A DNA stretch of 64,000 bases from Mizuhopecten yessoensis (Eukaryota). Of this stretch, positions 34,829 to 48,024 are shown one piece after another. The stretch covers positions 1,045,570 to 1,109,569 of the forward strand of contig NW_018403789.1 in the NCBI RefSeq assembly GCF_002113885.1, written 5' to 3'. Both the position numbers and the translations under genes were made by a program. Position 1 is the first letter of the stretch, and the number at the start of each line of letters is the position of its first letter. The notes under the pieces were generated by a model, which saw only the letters and a program-made list of their open reading frames with translations, searched no databases and was not told the origin of the DNA.

Positions 34829-35780
34829 GAATTTATCGCATCGAGGACCCTTTTTGCTTAAAATGAAAATGATTTAATGCATAACAAAACAATATGAATG
34901 TTTAGCAGATTGACTGTAAGTCGCTTCGTGTTTATTTCCTCACTGGTCGTCTGCCCAAATCTCTCTGTTACTCCTATCATCTTACGATACAATGTAGCGG
35001 GTAGGAATTACGGTGAGCATTGTATCATTTTTAGAATATTCAGGTACCCGTATCTGTTGTTTTAGTTTTGAAGCGGTGAGCAATGGGCGGCCATATTGCC
35101 CTATAATGGAATCCTACTGACCCTCTATAGAAAATCAGAGGGTCACCACGTGACAGCTCTAAACCAATGGTTTTTGGACATTTTTGTCCGAGGTGCGATA
35201 CAGTGTCTTATAGTTAAATGAATAGGCTTGATGACAGCATAAAGAGCAACAACAAGCTGTATTTCGTGAAACATATTATCTACATAATTATTACATACAT
35301 GATGTAACCCATTTTCAAGCACCATCACTCTATATATATATACGAATCGTTAAAACCGCTTCCTATTTCCCTTTGTCTTTTTGTTCATTGTAATAACATG
35401 CTTGAACTGAAATAAAAGAAAGTTTAAACTAAAACCACTTACGCGCTATTTCATGACGGCATGACGGTTATGCGTTTATTATCGCGGGTAATTTTTACTA
35501 TTTTCATATCATTCTGGGAATAATATTTTCTCGATAACGTTGTTGTCTCGCGAAAAGATCATACCCGCTACAATATCCTGCTATATGAAACATTATATAT
35601 ATACATACAGATACGATTCCTACTCTATATAACTATTTCATTTCGCGTGTTAATATTTTAGCGGTTTGGTTTTTGGAACAAATTTCCTGGGATATACATT
35701 TTACGCAACACCGTTTATAAACCTATCAAAGGATTTGGCGCGTTAACTTATATTTTGCAACATTTTACATTATACAAATG

Positions 35781-35867
35781 CAATCTATATCCAGAGTTGT
35801 CGTTCCTAGCACTCACTATGTAACACTATTAGTGAGTGTAAGGGACTAAAACTCTGGATAGAGATTG
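35781..35867. repeat. Small foldback element
   Basis: CAATCTATATCCAGAGTT...CACTCACTA...TAGTGAGTG...AACTCTGGATAGAGATTG. Confidence 0.65.
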
Positions 35868-37077
35868 ATACAGATGTATACAGTCTAAACATGTATAGTC
35901 ACTGTGCGTGAGACAACACTCCCGTGTTTGTACTGTATGACATATTAATCAGTACGCCAGGTGGTAAAGGGATTTTCACGGCGTTACATTATGTAGCGTA
36001 GAGATCCAATAGATTGGCCATTTTGCTCTTCATGTTTATCTAACTCGATAGTAGGTCTTTATTTCTAATTCTAAAAAGAAAACTAGCTTTGGTTAAGTTT
36101 GATTCATTTTCTTTTTTTCTTCAAAATAACTAAATCGAGGCAAAAACATGATACGTAACGTTCATCAACCAAGTTATCAAACAGCCTTCTGTCACAATAA
36201 GTTTGGCCCCGCCATAAGTTTCTAATTAATCTGCAATACTCATACATTTTTTTACACTTTTATTTCATGAAAACTTCCAGAATTTATAAAACGTGTTTTG
36301 CAAAGTTCGATATCAATCAATTATGAGCCTAATAAGTATAGATGATCTATAGTTATAATATTGTCAGATTCGATGAATGCATAAAAACAAACAAAATAGA
36401 AACTTTCGTAAAGCTTATCACTTGTAAAATATAAGCGTCCATCATGGTACTAATTTGCGGATGAATGAGCACAAAGAAAACAACTTGCATTTAACAATTC
36501 AGGATTTCAACCAATTGAAGTGATTGAACGTAATTATAAGCCAGTATCAATGTTTAAGCAGTACGTCTGCTGTTTTTGGATGGCATAGGATTTGATGAAA
36601 ATCGCAGGGTAGTAAAAATAGTTCTCCCCACTTCGCTGTCTGCATTGCATCTATTTCGGCATATTGCGGAACATCTTCCGGCGTTAGTTACAATGTACAC
36701 ACATCATGGTACCATACGCATCAATCGGGAACCTTCGTCACTTTCCGTAAACGAGAAAATCTTTTCTCATTCACGGAAAGTACCAACCTTTCCCGAATTA
36801 CCACACGTGACAGAAACGAAGCATAGTCGACTGCCAACGTCAGTTGTAAATATTTTTGGCGTAGGTAACTGTACAAATTTCAAGAAAAGCTGATAATGCA
36901 AAATTTCATACTAGTACATGTTCTTCATATGAAATATGAAACACAGTCTAGTACATAAATGTAAATCACTTGATTTCGTGTGTACTGGACGGAGTCTTGT
37001 ATTGAATGAAAATCGCGTCCATGATACAAATTTAATGCAGATCACCCACGTCATCATCCGGTTTAACTGCTGACGTG

Positions 37078-37410
37078 TTAATTTGGAGATGTTGATATTC
37101 CAAAACCCCCGATAAATATGTTGAGGACTGTCACGGCGAAAATTAAGCCGACGACACTGTTGTTGATCTTACTGGACCTCGGGTCTTCCTCCTCGTTGTC
37201 CTCCGTGAGCCCAAGGACCAGGATTAGAACACCAATGCACACTTGTAAGAAGAGACAGATGCTGATGAGCACTACAAGTAGCAGATAATATTCGTGGGCG
37301 GAGCCAGCGTCAAGCACGGCCTTTAACTGACTGGCATTGGCTATCATGAGGCCCACGTCCATCAGACCCTCTGCCAAAGTCTTTTTTTTGGCGTAGTAGG
37401 TTTTCGGCAT
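37078..37410 (-). CDS. Ninjurin-family protein (110 aa from ATG 37410)
   Basis: YAKKKTLAEGLMDVGLMIANASQLK signature, two TM helices, NN...LNIFIGGF; ATG directly follows an AG acceptor. Confidence 0.9.
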   Translation of the reverse strand: MPKTYYAKKKTLAEGLMDVGLMIANASQLKAVLDAGSAHEYYLLLVVLISICLFLQVCIGVLILVLGLTEDNEEEDPRSSKINNSVVGLIFAVTVLNIFIGGFGISTSPN

Positions 37411-38194
37411 CTTAAACACATATAAATATAAAGTACATAAAACATGCATATTTTTTTTGGAACAATTGTACTTATGGAGAATAATGCAAGTATATGTATG
37501 GTTCATGTATGCGAAATATGCAAAATGATTGATACAGGGGAAAAAATGGTTTTCGGCATCTTTGCAACAAAAAGTAAATTGTTCACATTTATTACAATAT
37601 TAATCATATTGGTTAGAGACATGTTACACGTGCCCCGATCTATTAGTTTATCGCCATATTTAAATAAGTACATAACGGTGTTCGGATAAAGCTACTTCTT
37701 ATCTATATCTATATTTGTAACAACGTGTTTTTAAGGATCCCCGTACCAATACCAAAAACCGATTTTGCCAGCATGACTATGACTTTGATAAGTCAATTCT
37801 GAAAACGTTATCGTACATGTAATCGTTGAAACACAGCGGCCAGTAGTTCTTCAGTCAAACACAAGATAACTTTTATTAATATGTAACAAGTCTTAAGTCT
37901 CATTTCCCAACGATAAATGTGTCCTCCTGAAAAGCTTTGGTCTGTTCCCTTCCAATGATATTTAAACCCATCACAAGTTCCGGATAATTGGGTCAGACAA
38001 CCTCTTCAAAGCTTCATAACTACATAGAAATTAACTAATTAGTCAATATTAATTGAATAAGACCAAGAGATATTAATCAAGTGAAAATAACAGGTTTGAA
38101 ATGACAAAACATACTTTTGTTTTCTAACCAATTGTAACAGACAATATCGGACCGAAACTTCGGACCTGATCTAAAATATGGAGCCAGACCAAAA

Positions 38195-38497
38195 CTTGGG
38201 ACGAGACTAATTAGACCAGATCAGACCCGACCCGACCAGACTAGACCAGACCAGAGACTAGACCTGACTAGACCAGATCAGACCCGACTAGACCAGACAA
38301 GACCAGACCAGACTAGACCAGACCAGAGACTAGACCAGACTAGACCAGATCAGACCCGACTAGACCAGAAAAGACCAGACCAGACCAGACTAGACCAGAC
38401 CCGACCCGACCCGACTAGACCGGACCAGACCAGATCAGACCAGCCTATACTAGACCAGACTAGACCAGATCAGATCAGACCAGACCAGACTAGACCA
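38195..38497. repeat. (GACCA/GACTA)n pentanucleotide microsatellite
   Basis: Read directly from the sequence. Confidence 0.93.
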
Positions 38498-38597
38498 TAT
38501 TGTATATGTCCGAGGGACACATCATGTGAAGCTCTTAGTTATCTTGTATTGTACGTGTAATGTACATGAATCTGTTCATTTAAGAAATATCCCAGGA

Positions 38598-38680
38598 TAC
38601 AAGATACAATATACAAGAAACTTTATTTAAAGTCGCATACAGGTAAACAAGGAACATTAGCTCTTGAGAGCTATTATTGC
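38598..38680 (-). mobile_element. Short 3'-end fragment of a LINE related to 28237-31404
   Basis: Shares TTTATTTAA-GTCG...AACATTAGCTCT---GAGCTATT with 28270-28325. Confidence 0.55.
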
Positions 38681-39394
38681 TAAAAACATATGTAAAATAA
38701 CAATAAAACATTACATTACAAGTAAAGGGAGATAATCACATATATTAATAAAAAGCAGTAATAATTATCACAGGAAAAAAAAGTATCATATCCCAGGTTT
38801 CTGAGTGATTGGGAGTTACCTACCTACAAAGGCCCCCGGGACATGACCCTTTTGAAACAATAAATATATAAAAATAGTGTGAATATATGAAAAGCATTAA
38901 ATGTGATCACAGGACCCATGCATATCTGCCCGGAATGCACCATGTCCGTTTTACTTCCAGTTCAACACGTTCAGAAATCAATTCTCAATTCCAATCGATT
39001 TGTAGTATTGCTAAAATAGTATATGATAACAAGTTTGTCATATAAATATTACATATTTTGCCAGGTGTCAATCCTAACACGTGTCAATTCTTAGGCCTTT
39101 AGCCCTCGGGATGAAATCAAGGTATCCGGTTGATTCGGGGTAAATATGGAAATGATCAAATTTAATATTAACTCGCATGATAGATAGAAGTGTTCTGATT
39201 CTAGGTCCTGATACATACGAATTTTATGAATTGTATTTATGACAGCAGCGTCTCATACTTTAATTAGTTCTATGTGTATTGGAATACATGACTATTACTT
39301 TATATAAACTGATGCGTGCGTAAAAACTTAGAGTAGGATTTGACAGCAAAGACAATCGTACAATTAACAAGAACTTAATTAAAAGTTTGCTTAC

Positions 39395-39790
39395 CTTTAG
39401 GATTTTGTTTCTCCTCCTCGGCTATGTTATAGTAACAATGTTCTCACAATACGAACACAGGTCTGCTGTATGAAATGTATCCTATGACGCCAGCATATGA
39501 ATCAGATTCTATTTTAATCTTAAGGAAACTTCCTTTCTAATCCAGGCACTGCCGATCTTTGATGTTTGTCCAGAGGAAATAGTTTCCCCAATCACACACA
39601 TGCGATTGGGTAAAAACCGTACCGAAAATTCTTTTTTTCATATAATGGTATCATACACGTATATGTTGCACAACTGATTTTCTTTGTATTTTCTTGCTGT
39701 GTAATATCTTCATTTAAAGTACGGAAGACTCCAATCAAAAATAATTTCATTAATCTTAAATCATGATACGAAACGGAAATGAAAACTCAG
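39395..39790 (-). promoter_or_regulatory. Putative ninjurin 5' exon (donor AAG|GTAAGC at 39395/39394) with upstream kB-like and IRF-like sites
   Basis: GGAAACTTCC (39524-39533), GGAAATAGTTTCCCC (39575-39589), GAAACGGAAATGAAAACT (39770-39787). Confidence 0.4.
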
Positions 39791-40484
39791 TTTCCTCAAG
39801 TTATATACGTGTGTGACACTTGTACTTTCCGGTGAAAAATGTCCCAATGAATGTAATGCACACTTTGCAATGAACACCTACTTTTAAAACGGCTGTGATA
39901 ATAGTCCCGTAATTTAGTGGTACTGTAAATTACTGGGATACAAACATGGGTGTCACCGTCTGCCGTATCTCAAAGACAGGGTAAGATTTATTTCTCCGAA
40001 ATAACGGCAGGTATTACAGGTACACAGAACGTGTGCTGTAGGTACGGTACTTCGTACACATGAAGTGTAGACAACGCCTGGGTATAAAGATCGATTTATC
40101 ATTAATCATCGAAAAAGTATTGAAAAACTAATATCTCCTAATCAAGAGTTAAAGATGCGCTCCCTTTCATATTCGGATAAAAAAATATATAGCTTACAAT
40201 CTGAAAAGTTAAAAAAAACCGGATATTTTTTCTAGTATCGAAGAAGTAAACTTTTCATTGTGTCCACAAATGAATGGAAAAAAAAGTGTCAGAATAGTTA
40301 GGACATTTGGACTAAGGTGGGCCCCCTACTTATTAGCTGTCTTCAAAATAACATTTAGCACAACAACTCAAATGGTTTCCAACTTTCAGTTATTCTTTTC
40401 ATTAAATTAAAGGTGAAGGGTACCAGTTTGTTATTTTATGGGTCGGAGAACAAATGAAAAACGAGACATGGGCAGTGACCCTAA

Positions 40485-40825
40485 GAGGCGCGGTTGTCCA
40501 GTGGTAGGGCGCCGGGCTCGTGACCGAAGGGTTGCGGGTTCGAGTCACGGCACGGCACTGTGTGTTATCTTTGAGCAAGATAATTTACACCGCTTGTTCC
40601 AGTCTACACAGCTGTAAATGAGTACGTGGTTGGGCAGCGCTAGAATTGTTGAATGCTAGCAGTGAAAGCCGATATGGCAGCTCCGGCTGTATGCTCCCCA
40701 GGGAGTTGAGAAAGGTATTGGCTGGGTGCAACGGCCCTGTAACCACGGATAATAATTTGTGAATCGCTTTGAGACGATCTACGAATTAGGTTGTGATTAA
40801 ACCTCGAAATATTATTTTATTTTAA
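40485..40825 (+). mobile_element. tRNA-derived SINE with CORE-like central domain and AT-rich tail
   Basis: A box GTCCAGTGG, B box GGGTTCGAGTC, then TGTGTTATCTTTGAGCAAGATAATTTAC...GCTGTAAATGAGTAC and a TATTATTTTATTTT tail. Confidence 0.75.
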
Positions 40826-40984
40826 GCCTGTAAAGGCCCTTGAGGTTGCTTCATCTTCTATATAGACGGGAAAATACTCCAAGTAAAAGTATAGCACTTG
40901 GACCTGTTCTTTGTTTGTATAACTGATGCAGTGGTAACCTTAAGTACAGCTAAACGATAACTATATATATGTTTGTTGAGGCCA

Positions 40985-41218
40985 GGGGCCGCGGTGGCCA
41001 GGAGATTAAGGCGTCCGACAGCTTGCTACCTCCACCACTAAGTCGCGTGTTGAGACCTACATGTACGTGGGACAGTCGCCAGGTACTGGTCTTTGGTCGG
41101 TATTGTTTTCTCCGGCTGGTAACTCCGGCTTTCCTCCACCAACAAAACCTAGCACGTCCTTAAATGACCATAGCTATTACAATGTAATAGGACTTAAAAC
41201 ACAAACAAACCAAATCAA
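40985..41218 (+). mobile_element. tRNA-derived SINE with V-domain-like core and (AAAC)n tail
   Basis: GGGGCCGCGGTGGCC head; TTTTCTCCGG...ACTCCGGCTTTCCTCCACCAACAAAAC; tail TAAAACACAAACAAACCAAATCAA. Confidence 0.7.
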
Positions 41219-41696
41219 TGTTTTCATTCGTTTGTATTCAGCGTATTAAAATCGAGTCACAGGTAATACATGTATATTTGAATGTACTCATGTCCTGTAG
41301 AACACGAAGATTTAAAGTATAAAAATCCAATGAGATCACCTGGTATATTAAGCAGTTGGTATGTTGTTTGATCGATGAGGAAAAAAAGCGGGAACGCATC
41401 GATATTATAGGCCTTGTCTATACAACTACTTGGACTTAACGGCATATGTTGGCCTGATGTTATATAACAAAACAAGTAAACGAACATGTAATACATGTAC
41501 GTCCATGTACATAAAGTTTAACGAGGAATCAATTGTAAATATTTTCTGATTCATCTGACACAGTAGTTGTAAATGACCAACACAGAATTATTGATACATT
41601 TGTATTTTGAGAATAGACTTGCGGTATTGTAGTTGATTCGATGTGTACTATAATGTGTTAACATACAGGATATCATTAATAATATAAACACATTCG

Positions 41697-44600
41697 TTAG
41701 TGAGAATGTTGACACACATCACATGTGTCAGTGAGAATGTTGAGACACATCACATGTGTAAATGAGAATGATGACACACATCACATGTGTCAGTGAGAAT
41801 GTTGACAAACATCGGATGTGTAAGTGGGAATGTTGACACACATCACATGTGTAAGTGAGAATGTTGACACACATCAAATGTGTAAGTGAATATGATGACA
41901 CACATCACATGTGTTAATGAGAATGTTGACACACATAACATGTGTTAATGAGAATGTTGACACACATCACATGTGTTAATGAGAATGATGACAAACATCA
42001 CATGGGTCAATGAGAATGCTGACACAAATCACTTGTGTTATTGAGACAGTTGACATACACCACATGTGAGTCAGAAAGTGGACACACATCACATGGGTCA
42101 GTGATAATGTTGACACACATCACAAATGTAAAAGAGAATGTTGACCCACATCACATGTGTAAACGAGAATGTTGACACACATCACAAGTGTAAACGAGAG
42201 TGTTGACACACATCACAAGTGTAAACGAAAATGTTGACACACATCACAAGTGTAAGTGACAATGTTGACACATCACATGTGTAAACGAGATTGTTGACAT
42301 ACAACCCATGTGTAAGCGAGAATAATGACACACATCACAAGTGTAAACGAGAATGTTGACACACATCACAAGTGTAAACGATAATGTTGACACACATCAC
42401 AAATGTAAACGAAAATGTTGACACATATCACAAGTGTAAGTGACAATGTTGACAATATCATATGTGTAAACGAGATTGTTGACACATCCCATGTGTAAAC
42501 GAGATTGTTGACACATCCCATGTGTAAGCGAGAATAATGACACACATCAAAAGCGTTAACGAGAATGTTGACACACATCACATGTGTAAGTAAGAATGTT
42601 GACACATCATGGGTCAGTGAGAATGTTGACACATCATGGGTCAGTGAGAATGTTGACACATCACGTGTAAGTGAGAATGTTGACACATCACGTGTAAGTG
42701 GGAATAATGACACATCATAAATCAGTGAGAATGTTGACACATCATGTGTAAGTGAGAATGTTGACACACATCACATGTGTCAGTGAGAATGATGACATAC
42801 ATCGCATGTGTTAGTGAGAATGTCAACACACAAGACATGTGTCAGTGAAAATGTTGACACGCATCACATGTGTCAGTGAGAATGTTGACACATTACATGT
42901 GTAAGTGAGAATAATGACACACATCAAAAGCGTTAACGAGAATGTTGACACACATCAAATGTGTAAGTAAGAATGTTGACACATCATGGGTCAGCGAGAA
43001 TGTTGACACATCACGTGTCAGTGGGAATGTTGACACACATCACATGTGTAAGTAAGAATGTTGACACATCATGGGTCAGCGAGAATGTTGACACATCACG
43101 TGTAAGTGTTAATGTTGACAGATCATGAATCAATGAGAATGTTGACACATCATGTATACATCGCATGTGTTAGTGAGAATGTAAACACACAAGACATGTG
43201 TCAGTGAAAATGTTGACACGCATCATATGTGTCAGTGAGAATGTTGACACATCATGTGTACGTGAGAATGTTGACACACATCACATGGGTTAGTGAGAAT
43301 GTGACACACATCATATGTGTAAGTGGGAATGTGGATATACATCACATGTGTTAGTGAGAATGTGACACACATCATATGTGTAAGTGGGAATGTGGATATA
43401 GGATGTGTAAGTGGGAATGTTGACACACATCACATGTGTTAGTGAGAATGTTGAAACACATCACATGTGTCAGTGAGAACGATGACATACATCGCATGTG
43501 TTAGGGAGAATGTCAACACACAAGACATCTGTCAGTGAAAATGTTGACACGCATCATATGTGTCAGTGAGAATGTTGACAAACATCACATGTGCAAGTGA
43601 GAATAATGACACACATCAAAAGCGTTAACGACAATGTTGACACACATCACATGTGTTAGTGAGAATGTAACACACATCATATGTGTAAGTGGGAATGTGG
43701 ATATACATCACATGTGTTAGTGAGAATGTGACACACATCATATGTGTAAGTGGGAATGTGGATATACATCACATGTGTTAGTGAGAATGTTGACACACAT
43801 CACATGTGTAAGTGATTATGTTGACACACATCACAAGTGTAAACGAGAATGTTGACAAACATCACATGTGTAAACGAAAATGTACACAAACAACCCATGT
43901 GTAAGCGAGAGTCATGACACATCACAAGTGTAAACGAGAATGTTGACAAACATCACTAGTGTAAACGAAAATAATGACACACATCACATGTGTAAGTGAT
44001 TATGTTGACACACATCACAAGTGTAAACGAAAATATGGCACACATCACAAATGTAAACGAAAATGTTGACACACATCATATGTGTAAACGAGATTGTTGA
44101 CACATCCCATGTGTAAGCGAGAATAATGACACACATCAAAAGCGTTAACGAGAATGTGGACACACATCACATGGGTAAGTAAGAATGTTGACACATCATG
44201 GGTCAGTGAGATTGTTGACACATCACGTGTAAGTGAGAATGTTGACACATCACGTGTAAGTGGGAATAATGGCACATCATAAATCATTGAGAATGTTGAC
44301 ACATCATGTGTAAGTGAGAATGTTGACACACATCACATGTGTCAGTGAGAATGATGACATACATCGCATGTGTTAGTGAGAATGTCAACACACACCACAT
44401 GTGTCAATGAGAATGTTGACACACATCATATGTGTCAGTGAGAATGTTGACAAACATTACATGTGTAAGTGAGAATGTTGACACATCATGTGTCAGTGAG
44501 ATTGTTGACACATCACGTGTCAGTGGGAATGTTGACACATCACGTGTAATTTGGAATGTTGACAGATCATGAATCAATGAGAATGTTGACACATCATGTG

Positions 44601-44772
44601 TCAGTGAGAATGTTGACACACATCACATGTGTTAATGAAAATGTTGACACATCACATGTGTTGGTGAGAATATCAACACACACCACATGTGTCAGTGAGA
44701 ATGTTGAAACACATCACATGTGTAAGTGAGAATGTTGACACACCACATGTGTCAGTGAGAATCTTGACACAT
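41697..44772. repeat. About 3.1-kb satellite of 27-31-bp units (GTGAGAATGTTGACACACATCACATGTGT-A), roughly 100 copies
   Basis: Read directly; diagnostic variant blocks recur at about 42460-42900 and 44075-44470. Confidence 0.96.
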
Positions 44773-45774
44773 ATTTGATTATACTAATTAAATTTTAAGC
44801 ACATATCACAAGACACTAGATATGCTCATCACGCACGTGAATAGAAAGTTTAAAAATAATATTTGGAAATTGACCACTCTTCCCAAAGGGACATATATTA
44901 CATACCATGTGACAAATTCCTGTGCTTTAACCTTTATAATTTATAACATCACGTATATGAGCTTGAGAATAAACAACATGGTACACGTGTGGACCTGATA
45001 GGTTTGGATCGATCAACGTAGTTGCGGTATATGCCCGGGATAATTTTGGAGTTATCTTTCCTGGACCATTTACATAAGTTACCTAGCTCTGTAGTCCGAA
45101 TTATTCTGACGTTTTATCGGCTTTTTTCATATCCGTCTGTCGTCGATTAATGTCAGAACTCTGGCCCTCTATAATATGCAGGAAATATGCGACCCGCGCC
45201 CAGGGCGCACTTCAAATTGATATTTAAAAACAAATCGTCACTTTCACACACATGTCGCACATGGATCGAAAGATTTGCGATAATATTCTGTTCTATCTGA
45301 ATGTTCGAAATTCAAAACACATACAAAATATTAAAAAATGAATATATAATAAATAAATAGAACAAAACCCAATTTCTCAATTGACTATCTTTATCCCAAA
45401 AAAGAGATATATATGTGGCGACAAATATGTGGATTTTAATTACAGTAATCGTTTTACAGCACCCGACTTTCTACATATAAAAAATCTAAATCAGTATCAA
45501 ATTACACACGAACTTCGATGAAATCATTTTAAAAGATTTTATTTTATATGCATATCTAAATGACTGTCAAATTTTCATCTGATCAGATCATATAACGTTT
45601 GATGTCAAGGACACGAACTCGTCCATCGCATTAACTAATTTATCCCTGAAATTTCATAATGAACTAATCCAACCTTATAATTGGAGGAGTTCAAATGTTT
45701 TTTCAGGGGTGAATGAGTTAAACATATCACTATAATGTGTATTTCTTTTGCTATGGTAGGTCAATACACGTGTA

Positions 45775-47765
45775 TTACATGTGCTGTGTTTCGCAGTACA
45801 GATAGATGGCCGCGTCCTTCAGAGCAGCCGGGGTGTAGTAATGTAACAGTCGATCCCTCCACACACCCCACGACTGTGCGTCGGTCAGCTTGGGGATGGG
45901 ACGGTTCAGGAGGGTGATGGGCGTGCCACTCTCGTAGTGGTCAGCCACCCACTGGACAGCGGCCTTGACTCCGTTATTGTCCACATCAAGAACGCAGTCG
46001 CAGGTGGCCTGGGAGGGAATATCGGTCTGGATGTCTTGCCAAGTTGTCGTGTAGATCTGAAGGATAGACAATGTAATACAGTAATTCAAAGATGACTTGT
46101 GTTGTTTGTTTTCTGTGAATACATGTACGTTAGAAATCAATGAAAAACATTTTCTGCAAAATGTACGGGATAACTGATTTTCGTTATATTTATTGGTGTG
46201 TTGAGTTTCAAATTTAACGCTTAAAAGATGTCAACAGAATACTTTCATTATGTGTTAAGATTTGGATAAGTTTTTCTTAACTTTCTGAAAAAGGTTTCTT
46301 CAACAATTATATTTGTTTTCTTGATTTGTTTTTAAACCTAGTCTACAGGTTGTCATCCTCGATAGTCAAGGAGTATTTTCACTTTCGCTCTCTGCACCCC
46401 TGGGATATGTCATAGCGAAATTAAAGGTACGTGTATACTGTAGCTATTTGATTGGTCTTAGTTGAAAAACCCCTGACCAATCGCTAGGCTGATACTTGTC
46501 CTTTGAAGATTACAGAGGAGCGACTCCGGATTTCAAAGCCATTCAATTTTACCGTTACACGACCACGATATTCCTTTGGTTTTCATCAAAGGATCAAACT
46601 CGTCTCATTGTCTCATCAATAAGACGACGCACACTGAGAGCCTTTATTTTTTCTATGTCATATTCCAGGGGTGCAGGTAGCAAAAGATGCGGCGTTGTCT
46701 CCTTAATTATCATGAGAGGGGTCACGAGGGGTCACTGCCGGCTAGGTTTTGACAAAACAACAAGTTTTTCACAAAACACACTAATATACGTCACTGTCTC
46801 TTACCTTGTGCCACAAGTCCCACATGTGAAACACGTGGGCCACACGTTCAATGGGTGACCAGTTTGGACCAAGTCCGTCATTGGAATGACCGATCTGAGA
46901 CAGGATGCCGTCAATTATGTTCATGGTCATGGTGGAGAACCCACTTCCGGTTTCGGTATGTGGGGCGTATGGAAGAACCTTTTGGCTCTGGTTGAGATCC
47001 TGATTTACAGTGGGGACTCTATTGTTAGCGGTGGCCCGGGGGTTGAAGAGTTTCAGAGCGTCCACTGTCATGGAATGGACAGCATGGGCGATTGTCTCGT
47101 TGTATTTGGTGGTGAGGCCAGCCCGAGCGAGGACATCTTCGCAGTGCCTACCAGGGACAGAAAAAATGACATGTTGGATGAGTGAAGTTAAACTACTGAT
47201 AAATTGCATATGGATTCAACAGACTACCAGTTTCCTAAATTATCGCAGTATTTTATATTAAATTATTCATTTTCCCGACGGGGATTGCTCAAGGCATTTG
47301 GAGTTGTTATTCCTGAATGCTACTTACATGGTACCACGAATTGAAACAGACGCTTGACAATGATATTCTTGAACGAACGCTACATAATACACACCGATTG
47401 AAGCAGACGTTTGAAGCTACTTATGACCAATGTAAGCCGTTGTTTACGAGCGCGACATACCGAATTCGGATCAGACGTTTAGCATTGGAATTTTTGAACG
47501 CTAAATTGTTATTCCTTTCTATCATCAAATTCCCGATTTCTGCAATCGCGTCTTGTATTTTCGTTATAAAAAGTAGCGAAACTACGACGAATAGTGAGTA
47601 ATATTGCTTTAAAACTGTTCATTATTTTTATATATTTGATAATATTTTTTTCACTTTGGTGTATAGATGAATTTGTTATAAAAACAGTATACATGTACAA
47701 ACATACCTGTTTGGCGCTCCCAAGGCTAGGGCCACACAAACAATGACAGTAAATAGACGTAGCAT
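45775..47765 (-). CDS. Secreted protein of unknown function, 227 aa; exons 47765-47707, 47147-46805 and 46056-45775
   Basis: Exon 1 encodes signal peptide MLRLFTVIVCVALALGAPN. Introns AG|GTATGT...TAG|G (phase 2) and AAG|GTAAGA...TTCAG|ATC (phase 0) give a 684-nt open CDS; TATAAAA lies upstream. Confidence 0.85.
46354..46680. mobile_element. Truncated copy of the CATCCTCGATA MITE in intron 2 of the secreted-protein gene
   Basis: CATCCTCGATA...CACTTTCGCTCTCTGCACCCCTGG at the left and CCAGGGGTGCAG at the right; similar to 60392-60819. Confidence 0.65.
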
Positions 47766-47810
47766 GGCTGGTAATGTGTAGAGGTGTGATTGGTCAGATA
47801 GGTCAGTGTC

Positions 47811-47870
47811 TTTTATAGCTGGCACGCGCTCCTTATCTTTCATATTTTTATGTTGTGCTAAGTCTTATCA
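47811..47870 (-). promoter_or_regulatory. TATA box and two GATA sites upstream of the secreted-protein gene
   Basis: Minus-strand TATAAAA at 47817-47811 (46 nt before the ATG); AGATAAG at about 47838-47832 and TGATAAG at about 47869-47863. Confidence 0.6.
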
Positions 47871-48024
47871 GTATACATGTACCAATATAGGCTGCTAAAG
47901 TAGAACCTGTGACGTTGAACTTGGCTTTGTTTTCGTACGATACTAGATCAGTAGTAGGGGTCAAAGTTAGCTCGGACAAGGTGCGGGTGCTGCTAAGGTT
48001 ACGTTACTTGTTTCTTATAATGCA

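Noticed and set aside
42366-44619. Repetitive ORFs (STFSLTHDV)n
   Set aside because: Translations of the satellite; no splice, start or compositional support.
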